Source: Candidatus Niyogibacteria bacterium (lineage in GTDB: Bacteria > Patescibacteriota > Minisyncoccia > HO2-45-28). Taken from it: a DNA stretch of 38,947 nt. Below are positions 7,738 to 17,306 of the stretch, one piece after another. Each line of letters begins with the position of its first letter. The stretch's first letter is position 1. The notes under the pieces were generated by a model. It saw only the letters and a program-made list of their open reading frames with translations. It did not search any database and was not told the DNA's origin. The translations under genes were made by a program, and so were the position numbers. The stretch is taken from contig CP066691.1 of the NCBI GenBank assembly GCA_016432485.1, positions 347,762 through 386,708 on the forward strand, in the 5' to 3' direction.

Positions 7738-8478
7738 ATGGCAAAACGCATTTTAGAGGGATTAAACATAGATGAAAAAACCGAGCAGGTGTATCGAGCC
7801 TTGCTTTCTTTGGCCGACGCTCGGGCAGGAACAATTGCCAAAAAAACCGGCATAAAACGAACTAGCGTCTATTACACACTTGAAACGCTAAAACAAATGG
7901 GGCTGGTAAGCTCGTATAATGAGCGCGGAACCGAACGATTTTATGCCGAGCATCCGAGGAAACTAAAAGATTATTTTGATTCCAGAATCATTTTAGCCGA
8001 ACGGCTTATTGAAACGCTTGCTAAAGACATTAAGCCGCCCGTTGACACAGGAAATGTCCGCCTCTTTGAAGGAAAAGGAGGGGTGGAGAGCATTATTGAC
8101 GAAATTCTTGCAACCAAAGACAAAACCGTTCTTTCCGTGGGTTCAGCAGATAAATTTCTGACCGAGTTTGGGCATATGGGGTACGGGGCAAGGAGAAAAA
8201 AACTTGGAATATTTTCAAAAGCGCTTCGCTTTGAGACAGATAAAAAACACCACCAATTTGACCCATCAGGACGCCATCAAAGCAAGTTAAGCAATATTCG
8301 CTATCTTCCGCCGAATTTTGACTTTCCGGGCATGCTGCATATTTTTGACAATCGTATAGCGGTCATAACTTATGAGCGCGGAGGATTGGGTTTTGTCGTC
8401 ACAAGCCAAGAACTTTCCCAAATGATGCACTCTTTTTTTGAAAATTTGTGGGCTACTGCAAAAGGGGGGCGGGAATGA
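7738..8478 (+). CDS. TrmB-family transcriptional regulator (N-terminal wHTH, C-terminal effector/PLD-like domain)
   Basis: VYRALL...AGTIAKKTGIKRTSVYYTLETLKQMGLV HTH; C-terminal IFDNRIAVIT...FFENLW. Confidence 0.88.
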   Translation: MAKRILEGLNIDEKTEQVYRALLSLADARAGTIAKKTGIKRTSVYYTLETLKQMGLVSSYNERGTERFYAEHPRKLKDYFDSRIILAERLIETLAKDIKPPVDTGNVRLFEGKGGVESIIDEILATKDKTVLSVGSADKFLTEFGHMGYGARRKKLGIFSKALRFETDKKHHQFDPSGRHQSKLSNIRYLPPNFDFPGMLHIFDNRIAVITYERGGLGFVVTSQELSQMMHSFFENLWATAKGGRE

Positions 8479-8546
8479 TAAACAATAAAAAAACGAAATT
8501 ACCACATTGATGCTATCGCTACAACATGGTTAATTTGATTTTTTAC

Positions 8547-8616
8547 AAAAACCCGCGCAAAGAAAAGAAGCGGGGAAAAGTATAACAAAAGCCGACGGCC
8601 GTTAGTTAGTGTTTAC
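8547..8616 (-). promoter_or_regulatory. Copy C of the repeated promoter/operator-like element (orphan, pointing antisense into trmB)
   Basis: 36/37 identity to copy B. The minus strand reads TGtTATACT. No credible minus-strand ORF follows. Confidence 0.6.
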
Positions 8617-8639
8617 TTAAAACCAATTAAAATAAAAAG

Positions 8640-9197
8640 TTAAAACTTTACGCTCACCGCTTCGCGTTCTTGAGCCGAATCAACTTCAAAAAATTTTTCC
8701 TCGCCGAATCCGAAAATTGAAGCTATAAGATTTGAGGGAAAAGAATTAATCTTGGTATTCAGGTCGCGAACGGTCGTGTTGAAAAACCTGCGCGAGGCCT
8801 GAATTTTGTTCTCGGTATCGGCTAGCTCGCGCTGAAGGTCCAAAAAGTTGGCATTGGCTTTCAAATCAGGATAATTTTCGGCAACCGCGAAAAGTGTTTT
8901 TAAAGTGTTGGAAAGCGCGTTTTCCGCGCCTTCGCGTTCAATCGGAGTGCCTCCTGCCAAAGCAACTCGCGCTCTTGCTTCAGTCACGCCGGTCAAAACT
9001 TTTTCTTCATAGCGCATATAGCCCTTTACGGTTTCCACTAAATTGGGAATAAGATTAAATCTGCGTTTCAACTGGACATCAATATCCGAAAGCGCCTCTT
9101 GGGCCCGAAAACGCAAAGTGATAAAACGGTTATAAGCGTAAATAACCCACAAAACTATCAGAACAAATATGGCTATAATCCAATATAAAATCGTCAT
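8640..9197 (-). CDS. lemA: LemA family protein
   Basis: N-terminal TM, YNRF...SDIDVQLKRRFNLIPNLVETVKGY, AENYPDLKAN, ENKI..SRRFFN. Confidence 0.96.
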   Translation of the reverse strand: MTILYWIIAIFVLIVLWVIYAYNRFITLRFRAQEALSDIDVQLKRRFNLIPNLVETVKGYMRYEEKVLTGVTEARARVALAGGTPIEREGAENALSNTLKTLFAVAENYPDLKANANFLDLQRELADTENKIQASRRFFNTTVRDLNTKINSFPSNLIASIFGFGEEKFFEVDSAQEREAVSVKF

Positions 9198-9237
9198 ATG
9201 GCTTATGATAGCAAATTTATCAAGTCAAAACCAAAAT

Positions 9238-10881
<1,644 letters not shown>

Positions 10882-10991
10882 TTAAATTTTAGAGTGATAA
10901 AGTAAAAAAGTTTAAAAGTTTAATTTTTCGCAAAGTTTGTGTCGGGGTAGCCATATATTTGCTTAAATTTTAGGCGGAAGCCATATTTACA

Positions 10992-11294
10992 TTATTCAAT
11001 AATCGCCAAAACGTCTTCTTCTTTGGCAATAAGATATTCGCGCCCATCAACTTTTATTTCATTTGGGCCGTATTTTGAAAATAAAACCCTCTGGCCTTTT
11101 TTAAGACCGACCGGAATCAATTTTCCGTCTTCATCTCTTCGGCCGTCGCCAACCGCCACCACCCGACCCTGTTCGGGACGTTCTTTTTCGGCGGTGTCGG
11201 GAATGATGATTCCTAATTTGCTTTTGCCTTCAAGTTCTCCTTTGCTCAAGGGCTCCAGAAGAACCCTGTCGCCTAATGGTTTAATTTTGACCAT
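10992..11294 (-). CDS. groS: Co-chaperonin GroES
   Basis: IKPLGDRVL, GIIIPDTAEKERP, VVAVGDG, LFSKYG motifs. Confidence 0.99.
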   Translation of the reverse strand: MVKIKPLGDRVLLEPLSKGELEGKSKLGIIIPDTAEKERPEQGRVVAVGDGRRDEDGKLIPVGLKKGQRVLFSKYGPNEIKVDGREYLIAKEEDVLAIIE

Positions 11295-11327
11295 ATTTGC
11301 TTAAATTTCTAATTTCTAATTTCCATT

Positions 11328-11354
11328 TTAGCACTCTTGACCAAAGAGTGCTAA
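11328..11354. promoter_or_regulatory. CIRCE element (HrcA operator)
   Basis: Perfect TTAGCACTC-N9-GAGTGCTAA between the groES promoter and its start codon. Confidence 0.97.
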
Positions 11355-11370
11355 TTGATTTATATCCCCT

Positions 11371-11398
11371 ATTGTAGGCAAAACAAAACTATTGTCAA
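11371..11398 (-). promoter_or_regulatory. Sigma70-type promoter of groESL
   Basis: TTGACA-16-TACAAT on the minus strand. Confidence 0.7.
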
Positions 11399-11405
11399 GA
11401 GAGGT

Positions 11406-14270
11406 TTAAAGCCATTTGCCGGTATAGGATTTCTTATTCTTTTTCAGGTCTTCGGGAGTCCCTTCGCCGATAATTTCTCCTCCCATTCCGCCTCCCTCCG
11501 GCCCCAAATCAATAATCCAATCGGCGTTTTTTAAAACATCGGGGTTATGCTCAATTACTAAAACAGTATTGCCTTTATCAACCAAAGCCGCCAAGACCTT
11601 CAAAAGTTTCCGCACATCTTCAAAATGCAAACCCGTGGTTGGTTCGTCCAAAATATAAAGTGTCTTTCCGGTTGATTTTCTGGAAAGTTCCGTCGCCAAT
11701 TTGACTCTCTGCGCCTCTCCTCCGGAAAGATTGGTGGCCGGCTGACCCAATTTCATATAAGAAAGTCCGACATCGTCTAGTGTTTCCAATTTTGATTTTA
11801 TTTGCGGAATATTTTTGAAAAAGATCAGAGCTTCTTCAATGCTCATTGCCAGAACCTCGGCTATGTTTTTTTCATTGTAACGGATTGATAGCGCCTCCTG
11901 ATTGTATCTGGTGCCCTTGCATTCTTCGCACTCCACGTAGATATCCGGCAAAAAATGCATTTCAATTTTTTTAACGCCCTGTCCCTCGCATTCTTCGCAT
12001 CGGCCGCCTTTCACGTTAAAACTGAACCGCCCCGATTTGTAGCCCCTGGAGCGAGCTTCTCTGGTCTGGGCAAAAATTTCCCGTATAAATGAAAAGACGC
12101 CGGTGTAAGTCGCGGGATTAGACCTGGGAGTGCGGCCTATCGGCGACTGGTCAACCGTAATGACTTTATCTATGTTATGGACGCCCTCTATGGTTTTATG
12201 TTTGCCCGGAGCCGCGCGCGAACCGTAAAAATGCTGCGACAAAGCTCTGGCTAAAATATCATTGACTAAAGTTGATTTTCCGGAACCCGAGACCCCTGAA
12301 ACGCAAACCAAAGCGCCTAAAGGAATTTCAACATCAATATTTTTGAGGTTGTGTTCCGAAGCCCCGCGAATTTTGAGTTTTTTTAATTTTGAAAATTGTG
12401 AATTGGCAATTGAAAATTTGCGATCAAGTATCTCCACCCTTTTGCGCCCGGCAATATAGTCCCCGGTCAACGTCTTTGCTTTTTTAAGCCGGTCATAAGT
12501 TCCTTCAAAAATAACTTCTCCCCCGTGGCTGCCGGCCCCGGGCCCCAAATCAATAATCCAATCGGCGTTTTGCATGGTATGACGGTCGTGCTCAACCACC
12601 AAAACCGTGTTGCCCATATCTCGGAGATTTTTAAGCGTGGCAACCAAGCGGCTGTGGTCGCGCGGATGCAGGCCGACCGACGGCTCGTCAAGCACATAAA
12701 CCACCCCCGAAAGCCCCGAGCCGATTTGAGTGGCAAGCCGCACGCGCTGCGCCTCTCCTCCCGAAAGAGTGACCGAAGACCGGTCAAGCGTTATGTATTC
12801 CAGCCCGACATCAATTAAAAAATTAAAGCGTCTTAGTATCTCTTTAAATAACGGCGCGAAAGCATTCTTTTGGCTTTTGGGTAATTCTTTTTGCGATTGC
12901 TGTTTGATGAAATCAATTGTTTCGGAAACCGGTAAAGCCGACAATTCGGATAAATTCTTTCCGCCGACTAAAACCGAAAGGGCTTCCGGCTTGAGACGCG
13001 CGCCGGAACAAGCCGGGCAAATTTCCAGGCGCATATAGCGCTCGATTTCCGCGCGAGTCCATTCGGAATCGGTTTCTTTCCAACGCCGTTCCAGATTGGG
13101 TATAACCCCCTCAAATCCTTTTTCTTCAGCACTTTCTTTTTCTCCGTGCAAAATTAAATCAATAACTTTTTTGGGCAAATTTTTAATCGGCTCGTTTAAA
13201 GAAAAATTGTGGCGCGATGCCAAATCTTCAAGCATCCACCAATACCACGATTGGCGTCCGACGCGATGGGAAGCGCGAGACCACGGCTGAATGGCTCCTT
13301 CGGCCAAAGTTAAATTTTTATTGGGCAAGACCAAATCGGAATCAACCTCAAGCTTGGTGCCGAGGCCCGTGCAGGCGGGACAGGCGCCGTAAGGACTGTT
13401 AAAAGAAAAAAGCCGCGGCTCTATGGGCGGCAGAGAAACCCCGCAATCGGGGCAAGAAAATGTCTCGGAAAATAAAATTTCCTTAAAATTTTTATCGCTT
13501 GTTTTGGCGCCGCCGTATTCCTCGGCCGGAGCCACGCCCACAAGGCCCCTTCCCAAATTAAGCGCTATTTCCAAAGAATCGTGCAGACGGCTCCTGTCCA
13601 GATCGCCGGCTATTATTAAGCGGTCCACGACAACTTCTATGGAATGTTTCTTTTTCGGGTCAATATCTAAATCCAGCGCTTCTTCGGTCCTCATCACTCC
13701 GCCGTCAAAACGGACGCGCAAAAATCCCTTTTTTTGTATTTCGGAAAATATTTTTTTGTGCTCGCCTTTTCTGCCCCTGACCACCGGCGCCAAAATGAGA
13801 ACGGCTATACCCTTAGGCAAAGACATAATCTTGCGGATGATTTCGTCGGCCGTCTGCTTTTTAACGGCTTTTTGGCAATTGGGGCATCTGGGCTCTCCCA
13901 ATCGCGCGAAAAGCAAACGAAAATAATCGTAAATTTCGGTTATGGTGCCGACGGTTGAGCGGGGATTTCTGGTTACGGAGCGCTGGTCAATAGCAATGGC
14001 GGGACTAAGTCCTTCAATGGCTTCCACATCCGGTTTTTCGCGAAGACCCAAAAATTGGCGGGCATAGCTTGAAAGGGATTCCACGAACCTGCGTTCGGCT
14101 TCGGCATAAACGGTATCAAACGCCAGCGACGATTTGCCGGAACCGGAAAGACCGGTGATTACCACCAGTTTGTTTTTAGGTATTTCAAGCGATATATTTT
14201 TTAAATTATGGACTTTCGCGCCCTTGATGCGGATAAAGTCAACGAGGCCTTTTTTGTCTTGAGAGCTCAT
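11406..14270 (-). CDS. uvrA: Excinuclease ABC subunit A
   Basis: Two ABC modules ([26 protein letters not shown] twice) and Zn fingers. Start placed at 14270 because the track's ATG (14294) lies in a TTGACT-17-TATAAT promoter. Confidence 0.98.
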   Translation of the reverse strand: MSSQDKKGLVDFIRIKGAKVHNLKNISLEIPKNKLVVITGLSGSGKSSLAFDTVYAEAERRFVESLSSYARQFLGLREKPDVEAIEGLSPAIAIDQRSVTRNPRSTVGTITEIYDYFRLLFARLGEPRCPNCQKAVKKQTADEIIRKIMSLPKGIAVLILAPVVRGRKGEHKKIFSEIQKKGFLRVRFDGGVMRTEEALDLDIDPKKKHSIEVVVDRLIIAGDLDRSRLHDSLEIALNLGRGLVGVAPAEEYGGAKTSDKNFKEILFSETFSCPDCGVSLPPIEPRLFSFNSPYGACPACTGLGTKLEVDSDLVLPNKNLTLAEGAIQPWSRASHRVGRQSWYWWMLEDLASRHNFSLNEPIKNLPKKVIDLILHGEKESAEEKGFEGVIPNLERRWKETDSEWTRAEIERYMRLEICPACSGARLKPEALSVLVGGKNLSELSALPVSETIDFIKQQSQKELPKSQKNAFAPLFKEILRRFNFLIDVGLEYITLDRSSVTLSGGEAQRVRLATQIGSGLSGVVYVLDEPSVGLHPRDHSRLVATLKNLRDMGNTVLVVEHDRHTMQNADWIIDLGPGAGSHGGEVIFEGTYDRLKKAKTLTGDYIAGRKRVEILDRKFSIANSQFSKLKKLKIRGASEHNLKNIDVEIPLGALVCVSGVSGSGKSTLVNDILARALSQHFYGSRAAPGKHKTIEGVHNIDKVITVDQSPIGRTPRSNPATYTGVFSFIREIFAQTREARSRGYKSGRFSFNVKGGRCEECEGQGVKKIEMHFLPDIYVECEECKGTRYNQEALSIRYNEKNIAEVLAMSIEEALIFFKNIPQIKSKLETLDDVGLSYMKLGQPATNLSGGEAQRVKLATELSRKSTGKTLYILDEPTTGLHFEDVRKLLKVLAALVDKGNTVLVIEHNPDVLKNADWIIDLGPEGGGMGGEIIGEGTPEDLKKNKKSYTGKWL

Positions 14271-14366
14271 TTTAAAAAATGGACAATTATCCATTATATA
14301 GCCGCGTCAAGGATAAGTCAATGTAAAAGCCCCCGCCTCCTCACTGAGGGGGCGGGGACTTTATTT

Positions 14367-14849
14367 CTACGCCTTAAACCCAAGAACTGGCAGGCCTGAT
14401 TTAATCATCTTCCAGATATCGCCTGCGCGAGAGAACCCCAGAACGGCTGACGCGCCGAAAATGGTGAAGTGCAGCTGTTCGGGTATCTTTTTCACTTCAC
14501 CCCACCAAAGAAACTTGAAACCGGTGGCAGTGAAATAATCATGAATCACGAACAGCCAAAAAACATAAAGAAGAACCATCCAAAACTCACCCTTGAACCG
14601 GTCAATGTGAGCGCCATCCTCCTTTTTATTGGTCTTATTGATGCTCTTGGCGCCGAGACAAAACACCAAAAACATCAGATAAGCTAGGGTCGCTTCGGTG
14701 GTCAGCGCTCTGCCTGCCTGTACCAAACCCAGAGCATCGGCCAACAAAATCTTAATCCAGACAATTGTGGCAAAACCTCCCAGCCACCACAAAAAACAAC
14801 CCACGTTCAAGCAAAAATGCCTTCGAATCGCGACTTTAAGCTCTTTCAT
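14367..14849 (-). CDS. Hypothetical membrane protein (about 4 TM)
   Basis: Hydrophobic ORF; AAGGAG SD before the ATG at 14849; GC hairpin at about 14331-14357 downstream. Confidence 0.7.
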   Translation of the reverse strand: MKELKVAIRRHFCLNVGCFLWWLGGFATIVWIKILLADALGLVQAGRALTTEATLAYLMFLVFCLGAKSINKTNKKEDGAHIDRFKGEFWMVLLYVFWLFVIHDYFTATGFKFLWWGEVKKIPEQLHFTIFGASAVLGFSRAGDIWKMIKSGLPVLGFKA

Positions 14850-14883
14850 CACATTTCTCCTTAGAGATGTGGGATTCATTGAC

Positions 14884-14912
14884 TTGTCAAAACTTCAATT
14901 CAGCTATATAAT
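14884..14912 (+). promoter_or_regulatory. uvrC promoter, probably giving a leaderless mRNA
   Basis: TTGTCA-17-TATAAT ending 6 nt before the ATG at 14919. Confidence 0.6.
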
Positions 14913-14918
14913 ACCATA

Positions 14919-16223
14919 ATGGTAAATAAAAATCAAGTAGCTAATGCCCCCCTCACTCCCGGAGTATATTTCTTCAAAAATGGCGCGGGAAAAACCATAT
15001 ATATAGGAAAGGCGCAAAATTTAAGAATGCGCCTGATGTCATATTTCAGACACGATGATTTTGACAGCCGAAAACAAGCTATGCTCAAAGAGGCCTCAAA
15101 AATTTCCTGGCGCGAATTGAATTCGGATATTGAGGCCTTGATACAGGAGGCCGCGCTCATCAAAAAATATCGCCCGAAATACAATGTTTTAATGCGCGAC
15201 GATAAACAATATTTTTATGTCGCGTTTTCGCGCGAAAAATTCCCAAAAATTTATATAACCCACCAACCCCACCTTACTCGACATCCGATGTCGGGTAAGG
15301 TGGGGCCGTTTACTGACGGATGGGCGATAAAGACCGTTTTGAAAAACTTGCGCCGCGCCTTCCCCTACTGCCAATGCGCGATTATGGGCGGACTAAAACA
15401 TTCCCGTCCCTGCCAGCAAGCCGCGATCGGCCGCTGCCTCGGGATTTGCTGCCTGAAGGAAAATAAATGGCCCGAATTTTATCCGAACGCGAAGGCGCGC
15501 GCTGAAAAATATAAAGAAAATATAAAAATAATCAAAAAAATTCTTTCCGGAAATTATTCATCGGTTATTAAAAAAACGGTTCAGGATATGGAAGTCGCGT
15601 CCGCAGAAAAAAGATATGAAACCGCGGCCGAATTAAGAGACGCGATTAAAGCGCTTGAAAATATTTTCTCACACCGGCCGTTTTTATCCCGGGACGAAGA
15701 ATCGTGGCGGGAAAAAGGTTTGAATTATTTAAAAACAACTCTCGGATTAAAGGGTGCCGAAAGAATTGAATTTTTTGATATTTCAAACCTGCAGGGCAAA
15801 CTAGCCGTCGGTTCAATGGTTGTTTTTACCGGAGGCATGCCGGATAAAAAAGAATATAAAAAATTTAAAATTAAAACGCGAAGCGAACCGAATGACGTAG
15901 CCATGCTCAAAGAGGCGCTGATACGCCGTTTTAAACACGCGGACTGGCCGAAACCGGATTTGATTATAGTTGATGGAGGAAAAGCCCAGCTCAACACCGC
16001 TATATCTGCTCTCATCCCAAGTGGTCTAAGTCGGACTTGGACCATTGCGGCTTTGGCCAAGCGCGAAGAGGAACTATATTTGCCGAACGGACGCATTATT
16101 AAACTGAAAGACGGCCCGGAACCGCTTCTGCACCTCTTAACCTCTATGCGCGACGAAGCCCACAGATTTGCAATTTCTTATCATCGGAAATTGCGCGCAA
16201 AGCAAGCAATAACTCGATTATAA
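14919..16223 (+). CDS. uvrC: Excinuclease ABC subunit C, short form lacking the C-terminal HhH
   Basis: N-terminal GIY-YIG (PGVY..IYIGKA), Cys cluster, UVR helix, RNase H-like domain (FDISN, PDLIIVDGGKAQL, RDEAHRFAI). Confidence 0.93.
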   Translation: MVNKNQVANAPLTPGVYFFKNGAGKTIYIGKAQNLRMRLMSYFRHDDFDSRKQAMLKEASKISWRELNSDIEALIQEAALIKKYRPKYNVLMRDDKQYFYVAFSREKFPKIYITHQPHLTRHPMSGKVGPFTDGWAIKTVLKNLRRAFPYCQCAIMGGLKHSRPCQQAAIGRCLGICCLKENKWPEFYPNAKARAEKYKENIKIIKKILSGNYSSVIKKTVQDMEVASAEKRYETAAELRDAIKALENIFSHRPFLSRDEESWREKGLNYLKTTLGLKGAERIEFFDISNLQGKLAVGSMVVFTGGMPDKKEYKKFKIKTRSEPNDVAMLKEALIRRFKHADWPKPDLIIVDGGKAQLNTAISALIPSGLSRTWTIAALAKREEELYLPNGRIIKLKDGPEPLLHLLTSMRDEAHRFAISYHRKLRAKQAITRL

Positions 16224-16327
16224 GAAATTTAGAGAGGGGTCGGGAGAGAGCATTCTCTCCCGTGTAGGAAAACAGTCCGTAATTACGAGACGCCAGAAAC
16301 CGAGGGTTTCTGGGGAGCAAAGCGACG

Positions 16328-16351
16328 TCACCTACCACAAAAAACTCCGCT
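16328..16351 (+). repeat. 24-bp direct repeat, left copy (uvrC 3'-end-like)
   Basis: TCACCTACCACAAAAAACTCCGCT, identical at 16997-17020; the pair flanks hicBA. Confidence 0.9.
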
Positions 16352-16451
16352 CTGCCGCCTTGGCCTAAACTTAGTTTAGGCCACGATGCAAAAAACTTTT
16401 ATTTTAGGGTCTTTTTCTACTATGTTTTAGGCGGGCATATTTGGCGGTTTT

Positions 16452-16694
16452 TTATTCAGCATAAAATTCCTTTCTTAAATCGTTTTCGGAAATATATCTT
16501 AGCGCCTGATTATAAATTGCTTTTATGGTCCCGCGATCCAATTCTTTGTGGTTTGGAATGGTCATCGTCTGTTTTAAATCGCCAACGCGTCTTTTAAGTT
16601 TTATATGACTGCCTCTTTGGTTATCAACAGAAAAACCAAAGCTATTAAAAATTCTGATAACATCTTCGCCAGAAAGAATTTTTAATTTAGGCAT
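16452..16694 (-). CDS. hicA: HicA-family toxin (type II TA)
   Basis: GF...QRGSHIKL...TIPNHKELDRGTIKAI dsRBD-like HicA signature. Confidence 0.92.
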   Translation of the reverse strand: MPKLKILSGEDVIRIFNSFGFSVDNQRGSHIKLKRRVGDLKQTMTIPNHKELDRGTIKAIYNQALRYISENDLRKEFYAE

Positions 16695-16914
16695 TGACTT
16701 TGGCGGTCAGTTCAAAATTTGCCAAAACTGATGGTTCCGGGGCTAAATCAAAATCGGCCAGATTTTCGCCTTCTAACTGAAGCTCAACCGCCTCCTGGAT
16801 GTTTTTAGTTAAGTCATCGAGGGTTTTTCCTTGAGTTACAATCGGCAAATCAATGCCCTGTGCTATATACTGATTGTCGCCCTTATAAATATGAAACTGA
16901 ATAATTTTTTTCAT
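16687..16914 (-). CDS. hicB: Short HicB-family antitoxin
   Basis: YIAQGIDLPIVTQGKTLDDLTKNIQEAVELQLE partial RNase H fold. Overlaps hicA; probable start at 16914 (ORF to 16950). Confidence 0.85.
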   Translation of the reverse strand: MKKIIQFHIYKGDNQYIAQGIDLPIVTQGKTLDDLTKNIQEAVELQLEGENLADFDLAPEPSVLANFELTAKVNA

Positions 16915-16959
16915 TGGTTTTATTGTACTAAATTTTAAGAAATTAGTCAAAATCTGTTT

Positions 16960-17037
16960 TTAACCTCCCTTCGCGACGAGGCGCACCGCTTTGCCATCAC
17001 CTACCACAAAAAACTCCGCTTAAGCGCGATTACTTGA
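16960..17037 (+). pseudogene. Orphaned uvrC 3' end (LTSLRDEAHRFAITYHKKLRLSAIT*)
   Basis: Translates to a near-copy of the UvrC C terminus (LTSMRDEAHRFAISYHRKLR) with many synonymous differences. Confidence 0.88.
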
Positions 17038-17062
17038 CAATATGGACTCTTTGCCCTATACT
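17034..17062 (+). promoter_or_regulatory. secG promoter, probably leaderless
   Basis: TTGACA-17-TATACT, 7 nt before the ATG; the -35 overlaps the stop codon of the uvrC relic. Confidence 0.7.
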
Positions 17063-17069
17063 TAAATAA

Positions 17070-17291
17070 ATGGCGTTTATTAAAACTCTTTTGCCTTACG
17101 CCCAAATAGTTGTGGCTTTGCTCCTAGTTGGCGCTATACTTTTACAACAACGGGGAGTGGGCCTTGGTTCTGCTTTTGGCGGAGAGGGAAACATTTACCG
17201 CACAAAACGCGGATTCGAAAAAGTAATTTTCACAAGCACCGTCATTTTGGGAGCCATTTTTCTAATTCTTGCGATTTTGGGTCTATTCTAA
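17070..17291 (+). CDS. secG: Preprotein translocase subunit SecG
   Basis: ILLQQRGVGLGSAFGG...TKRGFEK plus two TM helices. Confidence 0.93.
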   Translation: MAFIKTLLPYAQIVVALLLVGAILLQQRGVGLGSAFGGEGNIYRTKRGFEKVIFTSTVILGAIFLILAILGLF

Positions 17292-17306
17292 ATTCCACAA
17301 ACATTT

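Noticed and set aside
8287-8505. 72-aa minus-strand ORF after element copy C
   Set aside because: Mostly antisense to trmB, no SD, no recognisable features.
5255-8616. Integron attC sites (TAAC...GTTA pattern)
   Set aside because: The palindromes are far shorter than attC sites, lie upstream of genes after terminators, and no integron integrase is visible.
5197-8616. CRISPR array from the repeated 37-mer
   Set aside because: Only 2-3 copies kilobases apart, separated by genes; no cas genes.
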